NCBI GenBank assembly: GCA_004556655.1
Contig: SFGF01000029.1
Span: 5,971-69,970, forward strand
Reading direction: 5' to 3'
Source of the DNA: Lachnospiraceae bacterium
GTDB lineage: Bacteria; Bacillota; Clostridia; Lachnospirales; Lachnospiraceae
DNA: 64,000 nucleotides
A program made the position numbers and the translations under genes. Below are positions 56,201 to 64,000 of the stretch, in pieces (position 1 is the first letter of the stretch; the number at the start of each line of letters is the position of its first letter). The notes under the pieces are model-generated. The model did not search any database. It saw only the letters and a list, made by a program, of their open reading frames with translations, and was not told where the DNA came from.

Positions 56201-56807
56201 CGGATTCGGTGGTGTTGACCATGTTCTGGCAAGTGGAAAAGACATCAACGTAATGGTATTCGATACCGAAGTTTACTCCAATACAGGTGGACAGTCCTCC
56301 AAATCTACTCCTACTGGTGCAATCGCTCAGTTCGCAGCAGGCGGAAAAGAAACCAAGAAGAAAGATATGGCTTCCATCGCTATGTCCTATGGCTATGTAT
56401 ATGTAGCTCAGATTTCCATGGGTGCTGACTTTAACCAGACTGTTAAAGCTATCTCTGAAGCAGAAGCTTATCCGGGACCATCCCTGATCATCGCTTATGC
56501 TCCATGTATCAACCATGGTATCAAGAAAGGTATGGCAAAAGCTCAGACTGAGGAAGAACTGGCAGTTAAGTGTGGATATTGGCACAACTTCCGCTTCAAT
56601 CCTGCAGCAGAGAACAAGTTCACTCTGGATTCCAAAGAGCCTACAGATGATTACCAGGCATTCCTGGATGGAGAAGTTCGTTACAATTCTCTGAAACGTT
56701 CTAATCCGGAAAAAGCTGCTAGACTGTTTGCTAAGAATGAGAGCGAAGCAAAAGCAAGACTTGCTTACCTGAAGAAACTGGTTACTCTGTACGGAAAAGA
56801 TGAGTAA
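53280..56807 (+). CDS. nifJ: Pyruvate:ferredoxin (flavodoxin) oxidoreductase
   Basis: YPITPSS, MQSEAGAAG, two 4Fe-4S motifs (CIQCNRC..CP and CTGCGSC..CP), SGACAGCGE and TPP motif GGDGWAYDIG. Strong codon bias. Confidence 0.97.
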   Translation: MARKMKTMDGNHAAAHASYAYSDVAAIYPITPSSVMAEATDEWATQGRKNIFGQEVQVTEMQSEAGAAGAVHGSLAAGALTTTYTASQGLLLMIPNLYKIAGEQLPGVFNVSARALASHALSIFGDHSDVYACRQTGVAMLCESSVQEVMDLTPVAHLAAIKGKVPFINFFDGFRTSHEIQKIETWDYEDLKDMADMDAIAEFRKHALNPNHPCQRGSAQNPDIFFQAREACNPYYDALPAIVQEYMDKVNEKIGTDYKLFNYYGAADAEHVIVAMGSVNDTIEETIDYLMAAGKKVGVVKVRLYRPFCAQALIDAIPETVKQITVLDRTKEPGALGEPLYLDVVAALKGTKFNDVPVFTGRFGLGSKDTTPAQIVAVYENTTKQKFTLGIVDDVTNLSLEIGAPLVTTPEGTINCKFWGLGADGTVGANKNSIKIIGDNTDMYAQAYFDYDSKKSGGVTMSHLRFGKKPIKSTYLIKKANFVACHNPSYVTKYNMVQELVDGGTFLLNCPWDMEGLEKHLPGQVKAFIANHNIKFYVIDGVKIGIETGMGPTRINTILQSAFFKLAAIIPEEQAIELMKAAAKATYGRKGDDVVAKNWAAIDEGAKQVVEVQVPESWKDAADEGLTVIKAESGRKDAVDFVNNIQSAVSAQEGNNLPVSAFTAYVDGTTPSGTSAYEKRGIAVNIPVWNPENCIQCNRCAYVCPHAVIRPVAMTAEEAANAPASLEMTGMKEYKFAIAVSALDCTGCGSCANVCPGKKGAKALAMENLEANLESQKFFDYAVTLPEKADVIAKFKENTVKGSQFKQPLLEFSGACAGCGETPYAKLITQLFGDRMYIANATGCSSIWGNSSPSTPYTVNAKGQGPAWANSLFEDNAEFGYGMLLAQKAIREGLKAKVEAVAASDKASEEVKAACQEWLDTYSVGATNGAATDKLVAALEGCECETCKDIVANKDFLAKKSQWIFGGDGWAYDIGFGGVDHVLASGKDINVMVFDTEVYSNTGGQSSKSTPTGAIAQFAAGGKETKKKDMASIAMSYGYVYVAQISMGADFNQTVKAISEAEAYPGPSLIIAYAPCINHGIKKGMAKAQTEEELAVKCGYWHNFRFNPAAENKFTLDSKEPTDDYQAFLDGEVRYNSLKRSNPEKAARLFAKNESEAKARLAYLKKLVTLYGKDE

Positions 56808-56838
56808 TTCATAGTTTTCTATAGGAAAAGATAATATT

Positions 56839-56869
56839 AACCCCGGGGATTTAAAATTCCCGGGGTTTT
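56839..56869 (+). terminator. Intrinsic terminator after PFOR
   Basis: AACCCCGGGGATTT / AATTCCCGGGGTT plus TT. Confidence 0.75.
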
Positions 56870-57067
56870 CGCATGTAAAAAAGGTTTTATGTAATAAATC
56901 CCAGAATTTACCGGTTGATTTTCTTAACTGGTTAATATAGACTAACCTTATCGCACTGACTGACATTTACGAATCATAAAAAGCTTTTGCATATGGTGTA
57001 TATTTATGGTGCATTTTCGCAAGCTAATAGGAAGGACAATACAAAGATTAAGACAGGAGGACATTAG

Positions 57068-59293
57068 ATGCGACAGGAGTGGACAGGTTTTGTTAAAGGA
57101 ATCTGGGAAAAAGAAATTAATGTGAGAGATTTTATCCAGAAAAATTATACTCCCTATGATGGCGATGAGTCTTTTTTGTCCGGTGCAACCGACAGGACAA
57201 AGAAGCTCTGGGAACAGGTTATGGAGTTATCAAAAGAAGAACGGGAAAAAGGCGGCGTTCTTGATATGGACACAAAAGTGGTTTCCACGATCACTTCTCA
57301 TGGACCGGGATATCTGGACCGTGAAAAAGAAACAATCGTCGGGTTTCAGACGGATCAGCCGTTTAAGCGATCGCTGCAGCCTTATGGTGGAATTCGTATG
57401 GCAGTAAAGGCATGCGAAGATAACGGATATCATGTAGATCCGCAGATTGTAGAATATTTTACCAAATACAGAAAAACACATAATGAAGGAGTGTTTGATG
57501 CTTATACACCGGAGATGCGGGCATGCCGATCCAGTCATATTATTACAGGACTGCCGGATGCATATGGGCGTGGCCGGATTATCGGTGATTACCGCAGGGT
57601 AGCGCTTTATGGGGTTGATCGTCTGTTGGAAGACAAAGAAAGGCAGAAAGATACCACAAGGACTGTGATGTATTCAGAGGTGACGAGACAGCGGGAAGAA
57701 CTTTCGGAACAGATTAAGGCATTAAAAGAACTGAAAGAACTGGGACAGATTTATGGATTTGATATTTCCCGGCCGGCAGCCAATGTACAGGAAGCGATTC
57801 AGTGGCTGTATTTTGGATATCTCGCGGCGATCAAGGAGCAGAATGGGGCAGCAATGTCTCTGGGCAGAACTTCTACTTTTTTAGATATTTATGCGGAGAG
57901 AGATTTGAAGAACGGGCTGTTTACAGAGGAACAGATTCAGGAGTTTGTGGATCACTTTATTATGAAACTGCGTCTTGTGAAATTTGCAAGGACACCGGAA
58001 TATAATGCACTGTTTTCCGGCGATCCCACCTGGGTTACGGAATCCATCGGTGGTATGGGAATTGACGGACGCTCTCTGGTAACAAAAATGTCCTATCGGT
58101 ATCTGCATACCTTGAAAAATCTGGGAAGCGCTCCGGAACCAAACCTTACAGTTCTCTGGTCTGTGAAACTGCCGGAAAAATTTAAGCGCTTCTGTGCCAG
58201 AACCTCGATTGAATCTTCGTCGATTCAATATGAAAATGATGACCTGATGCGTGTAACCCATGGAGATGATTATGCGATTGCCTGCTGTGTTTCCTCTATG
58301 CGAATAGGAAAAGAAATGCAGTTTTTTGGAGCCCGCGCGAATTTGGCAAAATGCCTTTTGTATGCAATCAATGGCGGTGTGGATGAAATCAGCAAAAAAC
58401 AAGTTGGACCAAAATATCGGCCTATTACTTCGGAAACTCTCGATTATGAGGAAGTGATGGAAAAATTTCATGCAATGATGAGATGGCTTGCGGGAGTCTA
58501 TGTAAATACATTGAATATCATACATTATATGCACGACAAGTATTGTTATGAGAGAATTCAGATGGCTCTTCATGACAGGGAGGTAACTCGCTGGTTTGCA
58601 ACCGGAATTGCAGGTTTGTCCGTTGTGACGGATTCCTTGTCTGCGATAAAATACGCAAAGGTTAAGCCAATCAGAGATGAAGATGGAATCGTAGTCGATT
58701 ATCAGGTGGAAGGTGATTTCCCCAAATATGGAAATGATGATGATCGGGTAGATGAAATTGCATATGAGATTGTGCACAGCTTTATGTCTTATATCAAAGA
58801 AAATCATACGTATCGGGGCGGAATACCGACTACTTCTATTCTTACGATTACTTCAAATGTCGTATATGGTAAAGCGACCGGTTCTACACCGGATGGGAGA
58901 AAATCGGGGGAACCTTTTGCACCGGGAGCAAATCCCATGCACAGAAGAGACAGTCATGGTGCGGTAGCCAGTCTGAGTTCTGTGTCAAAGCTGCCGTTTA
59001 TGGATGCACAGGATGGGATATCCAATACATTTTCTATTATACCTGGGGCATTAGGGAAAGATGAATCACAGGTTAATAATTTGGTCCATTTGTTGGATGG
59101 GTATGCACAAAAAGGAGGACACCATTTGAATGTCAATGTCTTTACAAAAGAGACACTTTTGGATGCACAGAAGCATCCGGAAAAATATCCGCAGCTTACG
59201 GTCCGGGTGTCTGGATACGCGGTCAATTTTAACAAATTAACAAAAGAACAGCAGGATGAGGTGATTTCCAGAACTTTCCATGGCGGCATGTAA
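57068..59293 (+). CDS. pflB: Pyruvate formate-lyase
   Basis: [25 protein letters not shown] (adjacent catalytic Cys) and glycyl-radical motif RVSGYAV. Confidence 0.96.
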   Translation: MRQEWTGFVKGIWEKEINVRDFIQKNYTPYDGDESFLSGATDRTKKLWEQVMELSKEEREKGGVLDMDTKVVSTITSHGPGYLDREKETIVGFQTDQPFKRSLQPYGGIRMAVKACEDNGYHVDPQIVEYFTKYRKTHNEGVFDAYTPEMRACRSSHIITGLPDAYGRGRIIGDYRRVALYGVDRLLEDKERQKDTTRTVMYSEVTRQREELSEQIKALKELKELGQIYGFDISRPAANVQEAIQWLYFGYLAAIKEQNGAAMSLGRTSTFLDIYAERDLKNGLFTEEQIQEFVDHFIMKLRLVKFARTPEYNALFSGDPTWVTESIGGMGIDGRSLVTKMSYRYLHTLKNLGSAPEPNLTVLWSVKLPEKFKRFCARTSIESSSIQYENDDLMRVTHGDDYAIACCVSSMRIGKEMQFFGARANLAKCLLYAINGGVDEISKKQVGPKYRPITSETLDYEEVMEKFHAMMRWLAGVYVNTLNIIHYMHDKYCYERIQMALHDREVTRWFATGIAGLSVVTDSLSAIKYAKVKPIRDEDGIVVDYQVEGDFPKYGNDDDRVDEIAYEIVHSFMSYIKENHTYRGGIPTTSILTITSNVVYGKATGSTPDGRKSGEPFAPGANPMHRRDSHGAVASLSSVSKLPFMDAQDGISNTFSIIPGALGKDESQVNNLVHLLDGYAQKGGHHLNVNVFTKETLLDAQKHPEKYPQLTVRVSGYAVNFNKLTKEQQDEVISRTFHGGM

Positions 59294-59295
59294 AG

Positions 59296-60042
59296 ATGGA
59301 ACAGAGAGAAAAATTTACTGGGAAAATTCATTCGTTGGAAAGTTTTGGAACTGTTGATGGTCCCGGGATACGTCTTGTAGTGTTTTTTCAGGGATGCCCC
59401 ATGCGGTGTCAGTATTGCCATAACCCGGATACATGGGAAATCAATGCAGGGATGCAGATGAGTGTGGATGAGATTCTGGAACAATATGAAAAAAATAAAG
59501 TTTTCTATCAGAATGGAGGAATCACAGCTACTGGGGGAGAACCATTACTCCAGTTAAAGTTTCTGACGGAATTATTTTTTGAGGCAAGAAAAAGAGGAAT
59601 CCATACTTGTCTTGACACCTCGGGAATTGTATATCGAAAAAACAGGCAGGCAGAATTTGAAAAATTATTTTCCAGTCTGAATCTGGTTCTTCTGGATTTC
59701 AAACACAGTGATCCACAGGGGCATCTGAAACTGACTGGACAGAAACAAGAGCCTGTACTGGAGTTTGCCCGTGCTTTGGAAAAAGTCGGGATTCCCATGA
59801 TCGTTCGTCATGTGATGGTACCTGGAATGACAGACGGAAAGGAGCAGCTGGAAAAACTGGGAGATCTGCTGGCGACGTATCGCAATCTGGCTGGTCTTGA
59901 AATACTTCCGTATCATACCATGGGAGTAAAAAAATATGAGACTCTGGGGATTCCCTATTCGCTTAACGGGGTGGAAGCAGTGGATAAAGATTTGGCAATA
60001 AAGGCGAGGGAGATTGTTTTGCAGAGACTAAAAATGAAATAG
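59296..60042 (+). CDS. pflA: Pyruvate formate-lyase activating enzyme (radical SAM)
   Basis: VDGPGIR, CPMRCQYCHNPD, TGGEP and LPYH. Confidence 0.95.
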   Translation: MEQREKFTGKIHSLESFGTVDGPGIRLVVFFQGCPMRCQYCHNPDTWEINAGMQMSVDEILEQYEKNKVFYQNGGITATGGEPLLQLKFLTELFFEARKRGIHTCLDTSGIVYRKNRQAEFEKLFSSLNLVLLDFKHSDPQGHLKLTGQKQEPVLEFARALEKVGIPMIVRHVMVPGMTDGKEQLEKLGDLLATYRNLAGLEILPYHTMGVKKYETLGIPYSLNGVEAVDKDLAIKAREIVLQRLKMK

Positions 60043-60174
60043 TATAGATAAATTTGAAATATTCAGAAAAAAGTACTTTATTCCGAAGAATCGCAGTGTT
60101 ATAATAAATCTATCAAATATATACAGTCGAAGGGCGTTGAACGGCTGTAAAACAGGATGTAAGGAGGTAGATTT

Positions 60175-60816
60175 ATGGAGAGCAGGATGCATAAGATTTT
60201 TTCGGAAGCGAATAGAAAGATTGCATTGAAAGTGTATGAGGGACATTTTGCTACACCCCACTCTCACATTACTCATTATTTTGACATGGCAACTCTCCGA
60301 ACCAGAGCATCAGAAGCTTCTGCTGTAGCGAAAGTTCTGGCAAGCCACTATGAACTGAGTACCATCGTGGATACCATTATCTGTATGGACGGAACGGAAG
60401 TGATTGGTGCTTATCTTGCAGAAGAACTGATGAATGCAGGGATTATGTCTATGAATGCTCATGAGACAGTTTATGTAGTGTCTCCGGAAGTAAATATTAA
60501 TGGTCAGTTGATGTTCCAGGAAAACATGGTTCCTATGATCAAGAATAAAAATATTCTGATTCTGACCGCGTCAGCTACAACAGGTGGTTCACTGCAGGCT
60601 TGTTTTGACTGTGTCAATTATTATGAAGGTAAACTGCAGGGTGCCTGTGCGATTTTCAGTGCGGTTTCTAAAATCAATGGGGTACCGGTAAATGCAATTT
60701 TTACTTCACGGCAGGTTCCGAATTATCGTAGTTATACGACACGTGAATGCCCACACTGCAGAGCTCGAAAGAAAATTGATGCGATTGTAAACGGCTACGG
60801 TTATTCCAAGATATGA
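60175..60816 (+). CDS. Type I phosphoribosyltransferase-fold protein (OPRT-like, atypical PRPP motif)
   Basis: GHF..HS...YFD N-terminus, ILILTASATTGGS at the PRPP-loop position and C-terminal CPHC. RBS AAGGAGG. Confidence 0.7.
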   Translation: MESRMHKIFSEANRKIALKVYEGHFATPHSHITHYFDMATLRTRASEASAVAKVLASHYELSTIVDTIICMDGTEVIGAYLAEELMNAGIMSMNAHETVYVVSPEVNINGQLMFQENMVPMIKNKNILILTASATTGGSLQACFDCVNYYEGKLQGACAIFSAVSKINGVPVNAIFTSRQVPNYRSYTTRECPHCRARKKIDAIVNGYGYSKI

Positions 60817-60863
60817 TGAGGGAATTTTAGGAGCGTGAAGCACGGAGAAATTCGCAGTATGAT

Positions 60864-60883
60864 CCCATTTGTCGGGAAACTCA
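60864..60883 (+). repeat. 20 bp direct repeat, copy 1
   Basis: CCCATTTGTCGGGAAACTCA. Confidence 0.8.
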
Positions 60884-60901
60884 TCAAAATATATGCAGGT
60901 T

Positions 60902-60935
60902 AAACTCTCTCAGGACTTTCCTGAGAGGGTTTTTT
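60902..60935 (+). terminator. Intrinsic terminator
   Basis: AAACTCTCTCAGGA / TCCTGAGAGGGTTTTT. Confidence 0.75.
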
Positions 60936-61046
60936 GTGATATACTGGAATTCCAGTGAAAATAAGAAAATATTTTGTCCTGAAACAGCAGGAATGGATTA
61001 CGGCTGTTTCGGAACAATAAAGGATAGAAAGGATTAGTAGGGAAGA

Positions 61047-61832
61047 ATGACAGTGGATCAGGTATTTGTGATAAGAAAACTTCAGAATCTGGAAGAAATG
61101 TACGTAGTATATTCCGCAGTGACAAGGATGCCGTTTGCAACCTGCGATGAAGAAACATTTAATGATCAGGTATGGATTTTCACGGATCAGGATAAAGTTC
61201 AGGAATTTGCGAAAAGCTATACAGAAAAGAAGATGCCTTTGATAGGGGTGAAAGTGAAGAAAACAGAAGCACCGATGTTTTACATGAATCTGTTTGCTAT
61301 GGGAATCAATGAAATTGTATTTCAGGATGGAGAGATGCGTTATCATCTTGAACTGACAAAGGTGGTAAGAATACCGGATTATGAGAAACTGCCGGAAAAA
61401 CAGAGACCGATTCTGAATCCGCAGCTGATGCTTTCTTCCATCTATTTCCTGCAGGAGCTTCGTAAGCCTGGGGTACAGCCGGATAAAGAAGCGCTGAAAG
61501 AACTTGAAGAAGAGATGTCTGTGAATCTGGTAAAATCCAAGTATCTGATGCCTGTAGATGTACAAAAGAATGAAAAGGGACAGGAGAATATTCGTCTCCT
61601 CTATGTACAGAATAAGCAGGGAGAGCGATTCCAGCCGATTTTCTCAGATACAGGTGAACTGATGAAGCATTATAAAAATAAAGAGCAGAAGCATCGTCTC
61701 ATTCAGATTGCATTTGAACAGCTGCCGGCGCACATGATCAAGGATGTACAGGGATATGTACTGAATCCGGAGGGAATCAACTTGATTCTCAAAAAAGAAC
61801 AGATAGAGACATTATTAAAATATTATAAATGA
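61047..61832 (+). CDS. SseB-like family protein
   Basis: TRMPF, VWIF, NPQL...IYFLQE, YLMP, QPIFSD..EL and GYVLNPEGINL match the SseB-like pattern. Confidence 0.7.
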   Translation: MTVDQVFVIRKLQNLEEMYVVYSAVTRMPFATCDEETFNDQVWIFTDQDKVQEFAKSYTEKKMPLIGVKVKKTEAPMFYMNLFAMGINEIVFQDGEMRYHLELTKVVRIPDYEKLPEKQRPILNPQLMLSSIYFLQELRKPGVQPDKEALKELEEEMSVNLVKSKYLMPVDVQKNEKGQENIRLLYVQNKQGERFQPIFSDTGELMKHYKNKEQKHRLIQIAFEQLPAHMIKDVQGYVLNPEGINLILKKEQIETLLKYYK

Positions 61833-61835
61833 CAA

Positions 61836-61855
61836 CCCATTTGTCGGGTAACTCA
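61836..61855 (+). repeat. 20 bp direct repeat, copy 2
   Basis: CCCATTTGTCGGGTAACTCA, 19/20 identical to copy 1. Confidence 0.8.
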
Positions 61856-61920
61856 GAAAAGAGCGGGATACAGGCAGTACCCGCTCTGCATATTAGATAA
61901 AAAGAAACGGAGGTCATTTT

Positions 61921-64000
61921 TTGAAAATAACAGATTGTAAAGCTTATGAGCTGCTGCAACATCAGCAGATTGAAGACATTCATACAGAAGGATTTTTACT
62001 GAGGCATAAAAAAAGTGGTGCCCGGGTGATGCTTTTGAAAAATGAGGACGAAAATAAAGTGTTTAATATTGCATTCCGGACTCCTCCTTCAGACAGCACC
62101 GGAGTGGCCCATATTCTGGAACACAGTGTTTTGTGCGGTTCCCGGCAGTTTCCGCTGAAGGATCCGTTTGTGGAATTGGTAAAAGGTTCTCTGAATACCT
62201 TTTTGAATGCCATGACCTATCCGGATAAAACGATGTATCCGGTAGCAAGCTGCAATGATCAGGATTTTCAGAATTTGATGCATGTGTATCTGGATGCCGT
62301 ATTTTATCCGAATATTTACGAAAAAGAAGAAATTTTCCGCCAGGAGGGATGGTGTTATCAGCTGGAATCTGTAGATGCTCCTCTCAAATACAATGGTGTT
62401 GTATATAATGAAATGAAAGGTGCATTTTCTTCCCCGGAAGAGATCCTGGATCGTGAGATTTTCAATGTATTGTTCCCGGATACTCCATATGGTGTGGAGT
62501 CCGGCGGAGATCCGAAAAAAATACCGGATCTGACATATGAGAATTTTCTGGCATTTCACAGCAGATATTATCATCCATCCAACAGTTACATCTATTTATA
62601 TGGAAATATGGATATGGCTGAGAAACTGGAATGGATGGACAGGGAATATCTGAGTAAGTTCGACAGGATTTCCGTGGAATCGGAGATACCGCTGCAGAAG
62701 CCTTTTGTCAAACCGGTGGAACATGTGATTGAATATCCGGTTTCAGAAAATGGTTCGGAGGATGAGGCTACGTATTTGTCCTGCAGTATGGTAACCGGTA
62801 ATGGTCTGGATGTGGAGCTGTGTACAGCCTTTGAAGTTCTGGATTATGTTCTTTTGTCTGCACCGGGTGCCCCGCTTCGTCAGGCTCTGCTGGATGCGGG
62901 AATTGGAAAAGATGTGGATGGAGGCTACAGCGATGGAATTTATCAGCCGTTTTTCTCTGTTATAGCTAAAAATGCAGAAAAGGAAGAGAAAGAAGAGTTT
63001 CTTCGTATCATAAAAGAAACATTAGAAAAAATTGTCCGTGAAGGGATAGATCCAAAAGCGATCGCAGCCGGAATCAATTATCTGGAATTCAGATTCAGAG
63101 AGGCAGATTATTCTTCTTTCCCAAAGGGACTTATGTATGGAATCGATGTTTTCGACAGCTGGCTCTACGATGATGAGAAACCTTTCATTCATCTGGAACG
63201 TCTGGGCGTGTTTGAGTCATTGAAGGAAAAAGCAGGACAGGGATATTTTGAAGAACTGATTCAGAAATATCTGCTGAACAATCCACACACAGCGGTGGTG
63301 ATTGGCATTCCGAAAAAGGGTCTGGCTTCCAAAGAAGAAAAGGGACTGGAAGAAAAGCTTGCTGCATATAAAAAGACTTTGACAAATCAGCAGCTGGAGG
63401 AAATGGTTAAAAAGACAAAGGCACTGAAGGATTTTCAGGAAAGTGAGGATTCTGATGAGGCGAAAGCCAGAATCCCCATGCTGAAACGCACAGATATCAA
63501 AAAAGAGACTGTGGAAATTCATAATACTCCTCACAAGGTCGATGGGACAACGGTATTGCAGCATGATGTGGATACCAATGGGATCAGTTATCTGACATTA
63601 TTATTTGATACAAGTAAAGTTCCGGATGAACTGATCTCCTATATGGGAATTTTAAAAGCAGTACTCGGCTATGTGGATACAGCTCATTATACGTATGGAG
63701 AACTGTTTCATGAAATCAATGCTGAAAGCGGCGGAATCAACTGCGGTCTGCAAGTGTTTAATCATAAAGAGAACAATGAGGACTGTAGGAGAATGTTTGG
63801 CGTGAGAGCCAAGTATCTTACACCGAAAGAGGATTTCGTGTTTGATATGATCCGAGAGATCCTGTTTACTTCTGATTTTGACGACGATAAGAGATTGTAT
63901 GAGATTCTTGCACATCAGAAAGCAAGGCTTGAATCTTCCCTGGGAGAAGCCGGACATTCTACCGCAGTGATGCGTGCGACTTCTTATTATTCTCCGGCTT
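61921..64000 (+). CDS. Insulinase-family (M16C, presequence protease-like) zinc metallopeptidase, 3' partial
   Basis: Not in the ORF track because it runs off the window. TTG start after GGAGG gives LRHKKSGAR..FRTPPSDSTGVAHILEHSVLCGS (HxxEH), LNTFLNAMTYPDKT and GVVYNEMKG. Confidence 0.93.
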   Translation, partial: MKITDCKAYELLQHQQIEDIHTEGFLLRHKKSGARVMLLKNEDENKVFNIAFRTPPSDSTGVAHILEHSVLCGSRQFPLKDPFVELVKGSLNTFLNAMTYPDKTMYPVASCNDQDFQNLMHVYLDAVFYPNIYEKEEIFRQEGWCYQLESVDAPLKYNGVVYNEMKGAFSSPEEILDREIFNVLFPDTPYGVESGGDPKKIPDLTYENFLAFHSRYYHPSNSYIYLYGNMDMAEKLEWMDREYLSKFDRISVESEIPLQKPFVKPVEHVIEYPVSENGSEDEATYLSCSMVTGNGLDVELCTAFEVLDYVLLSAPGAPLRQALLDAGIGKDVDGGYSDGIYQPFFSVIAKNAEKEEKEEFLRIIKETLEKIVREGIDPKAIAAGINYLEFRFREADYSSFPKGLMYGIDVFDSWLYDDEKPFIHLERLGVFESLKEKAGQGYFEELIQKYLLNNPHTAVVIGIPKKGLASKEEKGLEEKLAAYKKTLTNQQLEEMVKKTKALKDFQESEDSDEAKARIPMLKRTDIKKETVEIHNTPHKVDGTTVLQHDVDTNGISYLTLLFDTSKVPDELISYMGILKAVLGYVDTAHYTYGELFHEINAESGGINCGLQVFNHKENNEDCRRMFGVRAKYLTPKEDFVFDMIREILFTSDFDDDKRLYEILAHQKARLESSLGEAGHSTAVMRATSYYSPA

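Noticed and set aside
53376..56966. Long antisense ORFs (673 aa and 377 aa) opposite PFOR, and similar shadows opposite the SBP, aldolase and pflB
   Set aside because: They mirror strongly codon-biased genes in which TTA/CTA/TCA are rare. They have no recognisable motifs or RBS.

Overview
This is a 64 kb, mostly + strand chromosomal window from a low-GC Firmicute. Gene content and style suggest a gut Lachnospiraceae (inference). The first ~30.5 kb is a carbohydrate-catabolism region: the end of an ABC operon with a GH109-like enzyme, a GDPD fusion, fucU, class III fbp and an L,D-transpeptidase. It also holds a LacI-controlled operon (aldolase, FGGY kinase, hexitol-phosphate dehydrogenase, PfkB kinase, aldo-keto reductase), a three-component sensor system, a CUT2 sugar ABC transporter with two ~95% identical ATPases, two rhamnulokinase-family genes and rhaDBA. 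The rest is mostly housekeeping: citrate synthase, efp, tRNA-Arg(CCG), pseudouridine synthase, ligA, cls, metA, ABC-F, ccdA-like, nagB, NahK-like kinase plus nucleotidyltransferase, PFOR, PFL and an M16 peptidase. An AT-rich accessory patch (~42.2-46.4 kb) interrupts this. It holds a DHFR-like/nuclease gene pair, a candidate structured element, a sigma-2-only ORF with a DUF4367-like partner, and a 798 bp MITE-like element with terminal inverted repeats, a 7 bp target duplication and a motif repeated at 64 bp spacing. No CRISPR array, rRNA, prophage or intact transposase was seen. Leading candidates for undescribed biology are the PTS-independent aldose-to-hexitol-to-tagatose-type pathway, the duplicated-ATPase transporter, the sigma-2-only module and the MITE. 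Family assignments come from motif recognition; no database search was run.
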